This document shows positions 56,934-64,000 of a stretch of 64,000 bases of DNA, piece after piece. Every line of letters begins with the position of its first letter. The stretch's first letter is position 1. Below the pieces are notes generated by a model. It worked only from the letters and a program-made list of their open reading frames with translations, had not been told where the DNA came from and did not search any database. Source of the stretch: an uncultured Phycisphaerales bacterium (GTDB lineage: Bacteria; Planctomycetota; Phycisphaerae; Phycisphaerales; SM1A02); contig CALKEP010000001.1 of the NCBI GenBank assembly GCA_938084645.1, positions 136,972-200,971 on the forward strand, read 5' to 3'. Made by a program: the position numbers and the translations under genes.

Positions 56934-57683
56934 ATGCATTCTGATCCCACTTCCGGTCACCAGGACAAGCCGATGAGCGGCATGGCCGTGACCGCCTTCG
57001 TGCTCGCCCTCATCTTCTGCATTCCGGTACTGCCGCTGATCGGGCTTCTGCTCGGTCTTGGCGCACTCGGACGGACCAGTGCCGATGGCCCGATGCGGGG
57101 GCGCCCGCTGGCGATCACCGCGGTGATCCTCGGGCTCCTCATGACGGCGGGTCAGGTCTACGCCACGGTGCAGATCGTGAAGATGGCACAGATCATCGGG
57201 GAGTCCATCACCAGCGTGATCACGGGTCCGGGTGAGTCGATGCAGGCGGCATTCGACGGAGACGGCGCCAAGGCCACGAGCTTCTGGTGGGAGGGTGACG
57301 CGCCCTCCGAAGCGGAGACCGCTGCATTCGTCGCCGCGGCGAAGGCTCGATTCGGCGAGTTCGACAAGGCCTTCCCCGCGGAAGACGCCCAGCCCGGGGC
57401 TGGAGCCGGCGAGCCGGAGTTCTCGTTGCCGTTCAAGTTCACGTTCTCAAATGGCGAGTTCAAGGGTGAGGTCTTCTACTCGGCGACCAAGGACGGAGAA
57501 ACGAACTCCGGCGGGTCCTTTGTGGGCATCGACAAGATCGTCATCAAGGATCCGGACGGTGCCGATCTCGTCTGGGCGGCCGGGACCAAGGCCAACGCCG
57601 CGATTGACGCGCCGGCTGGAGCCGCAACGGAAGCCGGAGGGTCCACCAGCATTGACGAGGCGGAATCTCCGGCCGATCCATGA
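56934..57683 (+). CDS. DUF4190-like membrane protein, paralog 2
   Basis: MAVTAFVLAL..CIP..LGLGAL..MRGRPLAITAVILG; soluble domain similar to paralog 1 (AAF..A...R(Y/F)G). GGAG RBS before ATG 56934. Confidence 0.78.
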   Translation: MHSDPTSGHQDKPMSGMAVTAFVLALIFCIPVLPLIGLLLGLGALGRTSADGPMRGRPLAITAVILGLLMTAGQVYATVQIVKMAQIIGESITSVITGPGESMQAAFDGDGAKATSFWWEGDAPSEAETAAFVAAAKARFGEFDKAFPAEDAQPGAGAGEPEFSLPFKFTFSNGEFKGEVFYSATKDGETNSGGSFVGIDKIVIKDPDGADLVWAAGTKANAAIDAPAGAATEAGGSTSIDEAESPADP

Positions 57684-58594
57684 CGTCGGCCGGCCCGAGC
57701 GGGTCCGATGACGTCATCATCGAGGTCCGTGATCTCAAGAAGGTCTTCGGCACCCAGACCGTCCTCGACGGGCTGACCATGGACATCCACCGGGGCGAGA
57801 CCCTCGTGGTCATGGGTGGCTCCGGCTGCGGAAAGTCGACGTTCCTCCGAATGCTGATCGGCTCGTTCCCGCCGACTGAAGGCACGATCTCGATGCTCGG
57901 TCACCGGATCGATCAACTCGACGAGGCCGGGATGAACGAGGTTCGGAGCAACTTCGGAATCCTCTTCCAGTCGGGAGCGCTCTTCCAGTCCATGACGCTG
58001 GCGGAGAACGTGGCGCTCCCGCTCGAGGAACACACCGATCTCGACCGGAACATCATCGACATCCAGGTGAAGATCAAGCTCGAGCTGGTCGGACTCCGGG
58101 AACATGCGGACAAGCTTCCCGCCCAGATCTCCGGTGGCATGAAGAAGCGGGCGGGGCTGGCCCGGGCGCTCGCGCTCGATCCGAAGATCCTCTTCTACGA
58201 CGAGCCTTCGGCCGGACTCGATCCGGTCACCAGTGCCGAGATCGACCAGTTGATCATCGACCTCACCAAGAAGCTCGGCGTGACGAGCGTGGTGGTGACG
58301 CACGAGATGGATTCGGCGTTCACGATCGCGGACCGAATGGTCATGCTCGACAAGGGTCGAGTGCTCAAGATCGACACCCGCGACGCCTTCGACGCGATCA
58401 GAACGGTGGCGGACGACGCGACGGAGGGAATGAGCGTCGACGATCTGCTCATCCGTCAGTTCCTGCGGGGTGATCCGATCGGTCCGATCACCCAGCGTCG
58501 GGCGGAGACGAACTACGCGGATGATCTCCTCAACACCGCCGACCCCCAGATCACGCGAAGTCCCGCGGTCCAGGCGACGCGTCGCTCCGGCTGA
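57680..58594 (+). CDS. ABC ATP-binding protein, MlaF/Mkl-like
   Basis: GGSGCGKST, GILFQSGALFQSMT..ENVA.PL.EHT, SGGMKKRAGLARALALDP, YDEPSAGLDP, VVTHEM. Confidence 0.9.
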   Translation: MTSAGPSGSDDVIIEVRDLKKVFGTQTVLDGLTMDIHRGETLVVMGGSGCGKSTFLRMLIGSFPPTEGTISMLGHRIDQLDEAGMNEVRSNFGILFQSGALFQSMTLAENVALPLEEHTDLDRNIIDIQVKIKLELVGLREHADKLPAQISGGMKKRAGLARALALDPKILFYDEPSAGLDPVTSAEIDQLIIDLTKKLGVTSVVVTHEMDSAFTIADRMVMLDKGRVLKIDTRDAFDAIRTVADDATEGMSVDDLLIRQFLRGDPIGPITQRRAETNYADDLLNTADPQITRSPAVQATRRSG

Positions 58595-58638
58595 ACCGGC
58601 CGATCCGCGGGGAGGATTCATCCCGCGAATTCACGTAC

Positions 58639-58680
58639 GAAAACGGACGGCACCCGCAGGTGCCGTCCGTTCTGTTTCTT
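58639..58680. terminator. Bidirectional intrinsic terminator
   Basis: 13-bp stem AACGGACGGCACC/GGTGCCGTCCGTT (58642-58671) with A-rich left and T-rich right flanks, between convergent genes. Confidence 0.8.
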
Positions 58681-58719
58681 GAAATGACCCGCCGTGTCCG
58701 GGCCGCTCGCATGAGCGGG

Positions 58720-61455
58720 TCAGCAGGACTCACCCCAGGCGCCGAGGAGCAGACCGAGGTCGGCGCCGTTGACCGTGCCGTCCCCATTGATGTCGCCATC
58801 GGAGTCCGAGGTGCCCCAGGCACCGAGGAGCAGGCCGAGGTCGGCGCCGTCGATCGTTCCGTTGCCGTCGAGGTCCTCGGGGCAGGGCTGCTCGAACGGA
58901 TCGCAGTCGATCAGGATCTGAGCGTCGCCGGCGGAGCCGTCGGAGCTTCCGAGACGGATCAGGAGCAACTGACCCTCCAGCACCGGTGCGACGATCTGAG
59001 CGCCCGAGCCGCAGGCATCGTCATTGCAGGCGTAGCTGGCGGATCCGCTCGTGGGGCACCCGGCGGAGGCGTCGTAGACGCTGATGCGGGTGTCGAAGTC
59101 GGAGCCGCAGGTCGCGATCGTCAGCAGGCCGGTGCAGGACGACTCGTAGAGGTACCAGAGGTCCGCATCGACACCCGGGCCGTTCGACGTGCTGCAGCCG
59201 AGGGCGTCGTCGATCTCGCTGTCCGTGGCCCCGACGGTGGAGACCTCGCTGATTCCGTCGAAGATGGGTTCCGCGTCGACGCATTCGTCGTTGGGAGGAC
59301 CGCCCTGACCGTTGCATTCGATTCGGAGGACGCCGTCGCCGAACGAGCCGTCCGGACTGCCGACCCGGACGATGAACGTCTGGCCGGCGAGTGCGAAGGT
59401 CGAGATGCTGGAACCCGTTCCACAACCGTCGTCGTTGCAGGCGAAGGCGGGCGTCCCGGACGTCGGGCAACCGGCGGAGGCGTCGTAGAGGCTGATTCGA
59501 GTGTTGAAGTCCGTGCCGTCACAGGTGTTGATGGTCAACGGGCCCGTGCAGAACGCCGTGAATTCGAACCAGACGTCGTTGAACACGGTGGGACCGCTCG
59601 ACGTGCTGCAACCGAGGGCGTCATCGATGCCGCTGTCCGTCGAACCGATGGTGGTGAAGGCGTTGTCGCCGCCGAAGACCGGAATCCGATCGACGCACTC
59701 GTCATTGGGAACCGTGGACACGGGTTCATCGCAGATTCGGAAGTCGTCTACGAACCAGTCGTCGTTCGATTCGTCGACTTCAGTGCGAATCCGGATCCGG
59801 CCGCCGTCAAAGCGTGCGGCAGCGGGCAGTTCGAACTGGTGGAAATCGAAGACCGTCTGGTCGACGCCGTCGGACTCGTGGATGCCGATCGCGACCCAGT
59901 CGCCGTTGCTTCTGAGGTACTCCACGAGCAGGCGCTCGCCCGCCTCCACGCCCCGATGCTGGGTGTAGTAGGAGAGCGTCGCTTCGGGGACGCCGAGTTG
60001 CAGGAAGTTGGTCCGGATCTCGTCGTCCGCGAACTCGTTGGAGCCGGTCGCGTCGAGGTTCAGGCTTCGGATGCCTTCCGGTTCGTTGACGGCGGCCGTG
60101 GTGACGTTCGTTCCGTTGTTGTGGATCCAGTCGGCATCGTTCGGCGGCGACTCGAAGTCGTCGGCGAAGCAGAGTTCTCTCGGCGGCACCAGGATGATGT
60201 CGCATGGTCGACTGTTGAGGAAGTTGCCGATGACGTTCTGGGCGTAGGGGCCGAACTTGAGGTTCGATCCGCTCAATCCATCGCAACCGCCGTTACCCGA
60301 GCACATGATGTGGCAGCTGCTCGTCGAGTCGCAGTGGCTGCTGTCCCAGTTGTGACCCATCTCGTGGGCGCTGAGCGACGTTCGGAGCGCGAGATTGTTC
60401 GTGTAGCGACTTTCGACGCACGAGTACCGGAAGTCGGTGCAGATGCTGCCGACCCAGGCGAGCCCGATGGTGCTTCCGGCGAATGAAACGCCGCTGAACA
60501 TCTGGGCGACATCCTGGACGATCGAATTCTCCGGGGCGTTCAGCCAGTTCGCTCGGAACTGGTCGAGTCGCCCGTTGATCGTGTTCGAAGTGTAGGGGTC
60601 GCTGCTGTCCGATCGGACGACGATGGTCGTGATCTCATGCGCGATGCCGAGGTCGCGGCGGTAGATGTTGTCGACCTGGTTGATCACCAACTCGACGTCG
60701 TTCACCGTCGCGGTCACGGAACTGGAGTTCCTCTGGAAATACTCGTAGTCGCACTCGATGCCCAGCTCGATGAGATTCAGGTTGTCTCCGGCGACGCCGC
60801 CCGCGGCGGCCGCGGACTCGTCCCACGGAATCTCGAACTGCGGGCCCATTTCGGGTGGACCGAGGACACCGTTTCCACAGACGCCTTCCGCGCTCGACAG
60901 GCTCGAGCGGTAGACGATGTGTCGGCCGATCGGTCCCGGAAGGCCGAAGTCGCCGGCGGGCTGGATCACGATTTCATCACCGTCGAGGTCGACGACGGCG
61001 TGAACGCCGCTGTCGAGGATGCTCGCCGCGATCCCGTGTTCGGGCGCGTCGTCGAGCACGCCGATGTAGGTCCTCGCCATCGGAACCGGGGTGTCGATGA
61101 GCACGCCATCACCGTGGTCGACGAGGACCGAGAATCCAGGGGCTCGATTGGAGACCCGTTCGAGACTCAGACCGAAGGACTCGCCTTCGAATTCGAAGGT
61201 CGTGGTGAACGTGTCGGGAATGTCCATCGGCACCGGAAGATCGACGAGTTCGTACGCCTCGATGCGCGTTCCATCGATCACGATCGGAGCCGGGATCGAG
61301 GGAGGGGTGTCCATCATCGACTTCGCCGTTGATCGGGCCTCATCCCGGACCGCGCTTCGCGGCGGCCCGGTGGTCGAAGCGGCGAGCAGCGAGGCGGTCG
61401 ACCCGGCTGCGACGAACACGGCGGCGAGCCGAAGGCTGATGAAATCGATCTTCAC
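58720..61455 (-). CDS. Secreted M12 (reprolysin-like) zinc metalloprotease with Cys-rich repeats and dockerin-like C-terminus
   Basis: Signal peptide, prodomain, IGLAWVGSIC, AHEMGHNWDSSH, HIM Met-turn, two PNDEC repeats, twin D(L/I)xGxG.(I/V).GADLGLLLGAWG. Confidence 0.88.
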   Translation of the reverse strand: MKIDFISLRLAAVFVAAGSTASLLAASTTGPPRSAVRDEARSTAKSMMDTPPSIPAPIVIDGTRIEAYELVDLPVPMDIPDTFTTTFEFEGESFGLSLERVSNRAPGFSVLVDHGDGVLIDTPVPMARTYIGVLDDAPEHGIAASILDSGVHAVVDLDGDEIVIQPAGDFGLPGPIGRHIVYRSSLSSAEGVCGNGVLGPPEMGPQFEIPWDESAAAAGGVAGDNLNLIELGIECDYEYFQRNSSSVTATVNDVELVINQVDNIYRRDLGIAHEITTIVVRSDSSDPYTSNTINGRLDQFRANWLNAPENSIVQDVAQMFSGVSFAGSTIGLAWVGSICTDFRYSCVESRYTNNLALRTSLSAHEMGHNWDSSHCDSTSSCHIMCSGNGGCDGLSGSNLKFGPYAQNVIGNFLNSRPCDIILVPPRELCFADDFESPPNDADWIHNNGTNVTTAAVNEPEGIRSLNLDATGSNEFADDEIRTNFLQLGVPEATLSYYTQHRGVEAGERLLVEYLRSNGDWVAIGIHESDGVDQTVFDFHQFELPAAARFDGGRIRIRTEVDESNDDWFVDDFRICDEPVSTVPNDECVDRIPVFGGDNAFTTIGSTDSGIDDALGCSTSSGPTVFNDVWFEFTAFCTGPLTINTCDGTDFNTRISLYDASAGCPTSGTPAFACNDDGCGTGSSISTFALAGQTFIVRVGSPDGSFGDGVLRIECNGQGGPPNDECVDAEPIFDGISEVSTVGATDSEIDDALGCSTSNGPGVDADLWYLYESSCTGLLTIATCGSDFDTRISVYDASAGCPTSGSASYACNDDACGSGAQIVAPVLEGQLLLIRLGSSDGSAGDAQILIDCDPFEQPCPEDLDGNGTIDGADLGLLLGAWGTSDSDGDINGDGTVNGADLGLLLGAWGESC
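58903..59709 (-). repeat. Two tandem ~138-aa Cys-rich intragenic repeats
   Basis: PNDECVD..IDDALGCSTS.GP..D.W..CTG.LTI.TC..DF.TRIS.YDASAGCPTSG..ACNDD.CG begins at 59709 and again at 59295 (414-nt period). Confidence 0.9.
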
Positions 61456-61703
61456 GATGGAGGCTCCCTGGATGGGCGATTCTGGCGGTTCGGAACGTGG
61501 CGTGGAAACGCCGATACGGCATTCTCCACGACGCGGCCCGATTCAAGAAGGTAGCTCTCAGATCCGCCCCGGACCCGGAAAAGCCACCGAATTCCCCTAC
61601 GGACGCATGGGCTGCATGCATGACGATATCTGGGCGGCTTGTTTGGACGACTCCGGCTCCGGTTTGGTTCGCCGAATACCGATATTCAGGCCCTTGGGGA
61701 ATG

Positions 61704-61734
61704 AAAACCGGGCTCCCCGTGAGGGGAGCCCGGT
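61704..61734 (-). terminator. Intrinsic terminator
   Basis: 12-bp stem ACCGGGCTCCCC/GGGGAGCCCGGT, running into TTTT on the minus strand. Confidence 0.8.
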
Positions 61735-61760
61735 CGGATTCCAGAGCAGGTCGCCGAGGG

Positions 61761-63143
61761 TCAACCCCAGTTGGCGAACAGCTGACCGGCATCGGCGGAG
61801 TTTACGATGCAGTCCTGGTTGAAGTCGGCGAAGCTGCCGCAGCCGGCGCCCCACTGGGTGAAGAAGATGCCGACGTCCGAGCCGTTGACGACCCCGTCAC
61901 CGTTGAGGTCGTAGGGGTTCGAGGCGCCGCCAGGGACGATGAGGCCCGGGGCGTCGATCGTCGAGTTGGATTCGAATCGATCGAGCACGACGTCACCGGT
62001 CGCGGGTTCCGCGTCAGCGGTGAAGCTGAAGTTGTACATCATGCACCAGCGAACGGCGTTCGCGTCCGGGTTCTCGGAGAACTCGACACCCGCGAAGGTC
62101 AGGTAGCCGCCGTCTTCGGAGATGACCCACGCGTCGTTGGAGTAGGGGTCGCCGGAGTGGTGGGCGGGGAACTTGAACTCGGCATCCGAGATTTCGACGC
62201 CGGCGGGAAGCGGAATGGAGATTCCGTTGATCGCATCCTTGGACGTCAGGTTGTAGACCGCGTAGTTGTAGCGATAGGTGCCGTCACCATTGTCGACGTA
62301 ATCGCTCGCCACGAAGACTCGTCCGTCATTCGGGATGTCGACGGGTTCGATGACGACCGAGTTGCTGTTGTCCGCCCAGGCGAAGATCGCAGGCTTGCCG
62401 AGGAAGGTCGAGCCGGTCGGGGTGAGACGATAGCCCTGGCTGTTCAGCGTCCCGACGACCATTCGCTTGTATGAAGCGTTGTTGAGCTGGTTGCCCGCCT
62501 CGTAGTCCTGCGGATGCAGGTACATCGAGTCGACGTAGAACATGGCTCCGGGGTTCTGCTGCGGGGAGAGATCGGCCTGAGCGACCTGGATGCGACGGCC
62601 GACGGTGGGCGCCGCGGCGGGAAGCCCCACGGGCGGATAGGTGAACTCACCGGTCGAGGGGTCGCACTGCCAGCGAGGGGCGAGGCCGCCCTGGCTGCCG
62701 TTCAGGCTGCTCGAGTACGGATCGGAGCAGCCGGGGCCGAGAAGCTGCGGGCAACCACTCCCTGCGGGCTGGCAGGAGCCACACTCGTTCAGCTGCAACG
62801 CACAGAATCCATCCTTGCACCAGGAGTAGCCGATCTGGTCGAGTCGACCGTCCTTGAAGCGGAACATGTTCATCGGCATTCGGGGATGTCGATTGCTGTT
62901 CGCGAACCACTCGAGATCGACGTCGCCGAGATTCACGCTCGTCGTGCCGACCGAGTAGGCGGTCACACCGGCGACGGTTCCCCATCGCGAGATCGCAGGC
63001 ATGTTGCAGACCGCGACGTCAGCGCCGATCTGGCCGGCGGTGCCACCCTTGCCACCGGGGACCGCTTCCGCGGACATTTGGCCAAGGAGGGTCGCTGATC
63101 CGCCGAGAAGAAGTGCCGCAAGACTGATTCCGATTTTCACCAT
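61761..63143 (-). CDS. Secreted Cys-containing hypothetical protein with dockerin-like C-terminus
   Basis: Signal peptide; AYSVGTTS.N.GD, QIGYSW..GF, GCSDPY..LNG; ends DLNGDGVVNGSD..WG and DFNQDCIVNSAD..WG. Confidence 0.82.
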   Translation of the reverse strand: MVKIGISLAALLLGGSATLLGQMSAEAVPGGKGGTAGQIGADVAVCNMPAISRWGTVAGVTAYSVGTTSVNLGDVDLEWFANSNRHPRMPMNMFRFKDGRLDQIGYSWCKDGFCALQLNECGSCQPAGSGCPQLLGPGCSDPYSSSLNGSQGGLAPRWQCDPSTGEFTYPPVGLPAAAPTVGRRIQVAQADLSPQQNPGAMFYVDSMYLHPQDYEAGNQLNNASYKRMVVGTLNSQGYRLTPTGSTFLGKPAIFAWADNSNSVVIEPVDIPNDGRVFVASDYVDNGDGTYRYNYAVYNLTSKDAINGISIPLPAGVEISDAEFKFPAHHSGDPYSNDAWVISEDGGYLTFAGVEFSENPDANAVRWCMMYNFSFTADAEPATGDVVLDRFESNSTIDAPGLIVPGGASNPYDLNGDGVVNGSDVGIFFTQWGAGCGSFADFNQDCIVNSADAGQLFANWG

Positions 63144-63443
63144 GTTCTCCAAATCTGAGATTATTGACGAGGGGGCTGATCCGAGGCTTGAGCCGCGGTT
63201 GCGGGGCCTGGCCCGCGTCGCTCGAACGGGAACGAATTCGCTCCTGTGTTCCTGATGGCCGGATCCGGTGAGCAACCATGCTCGGAACCGACCTCATTTC
63301 CGATGCCCCCCGGAATGAAGAGTTCCCTACAAACCCGAAACGGGTGTCCAACTGTACCCCTCGAATCTCCGCGTGGTCGGAAAAACACGGACATATCCTC
63401 GGTTTCCAGCCACGAAATGGGTGGATTCAGGCCGGTCTCACGA

Positions 63444-63480
63444 CAAGAGAACCCCGCCCTGCAGATGCAGGGCGGGGTTC
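63444..63480 (-). terminator. Intrinsic terminator after the PEP-CTERM-like gene
   Basis: Inverted repeat GAACCCCGCCCTGCA/TGCAGGGCGGGGTTC (63449-63480), followed by TCTTG on the minus strand. Confidence 0.75.
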
Positions 63481-63514
63481 GTATCAAACGTTGGTTTGAA
63501 TCGAGCGGGCTCGA

Positions 63515-64000
63515 TCAGCCGTTGCGTCGACGACGACCGGTGAGGCCGGCGAGGCCGAGCAGCGCCATCGCACCCGGAGCGGGGACGTTGACGATGAAGC
63601 CGGCCTGGTTGCCCGGGGTACCGAGACCCTGGTTCCAGGTGACGAAGAGCTCGGAACCGGAGAGGTCGAAGTCACCGTCAAAGGCAAAGCGGCCGATGAG
63701 GACGCCCATGCCGATGGTGCCGGGGAGCATGCCGACCTGGCCGTTGAGGCTCGGGGGGCTGCCGTTGTACCAGCCGGCGAGGGCGCCGGGGAAGGCGGCA
63801 CCGTTACCACCGAAGTTGGGGTCGAGGCCGGTACCGGCACCCGCACCAGGAGCCTGCTCGGGGAGCAGGGTGTCCTGCTGGAAGCCACCGATGGTGACGA
63901 ACGAGTCGGCGAGACGCAGGGCCGGGGTGTCGAAGATGCCACCCAGGTTGTTGGGGGTCCAGCCGGTGCCGGTGGCGCTCTGGAAGTAGCTCACCTGGCC
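63515..64000 (-). CDS. PEP-CTERM-like (VPAPG) sorted surface protein, 5' truncated by window edge
   Basis: Frame open to the window end; C-terminus VPAPGAMALLGLAGLTGRRRR. Confidence 0.85.
   Translation of the reverse strand, partial: GQVSYFQSATGTGWTPNNLGGIFDTPALRLADSFVTIGGFQQDTLLPEQAPGAGAGTGLDPNFGGNGAAFPGALAGWYNGSPPSLNGQVGMLPGTIGMGVLIGRFAFDGDFDLSGSELFVTWNQGLGTPGNQAGFIVNVPAPGAMALLGLAGLTGRRRRNG

Noticed and set aside
1..64000. CRISPR arrays, IS elements or integrases, prophage genes, rRNA
   Set aside because: No regularly spaced direct repeats, transposase, integrase or phage motifs, or rRNA-like sequence was seen. The only tandem repeats are intragenic.

Overview
High-GC bacterial chromosomal segment, mostly core and cell-envelope genes. 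Gene content points to Planctomycetota, most likely Phycisphaerae (inference from PEP-CTERM-like PAPG tails, dockerin-like C-termini, N-methylation pilin-like paralogs and CxxCGYDL..CPECG membrane proteins). About 50 CDS are supported. They include archaeal-type topoisomerase VI (top6B partial, top6A), a cold-shock gene, pnp, rpsO, an acyl-CoA carboxyltransferase, rdgB, an NfeD-NfeD-FloA-GT2 cluster, two pilin-like genes behind a long structured non-coding region, LPS genes (GT9, lpxK, hldE), HU, dnaB and an ECF sigma cluster. The second half holds an enlarged Dpp/Opp ABC system, bcp, dut, a DegT aminotransferase, a dedA-(kinase/NMP-glycosidase fusion)-truA-GT4-hypothetical-bshB1-like operon, glycerate kinase, ispF, murD, two DUF4190-like genes with an MlaF-like ATPase, and three surface-anchored secreted proteins. 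No rRNA, tRNA, CRISPR array or mobile element was recognised. The best novelty candidate is the 378-aa protein at 50202-51338(-), which fuses a degenerate archaeal-type adenylate-kinase domain to a DNPH1/NDT-like nucleotide N-glycosidase domain. Next are the bacterial Topo VI with basic tails, the ~630-nt structured leader, the enlarged ABC permeases and recurrent apparently leaderless genes. All calls come from reading motifs by eye; no database searches were run.
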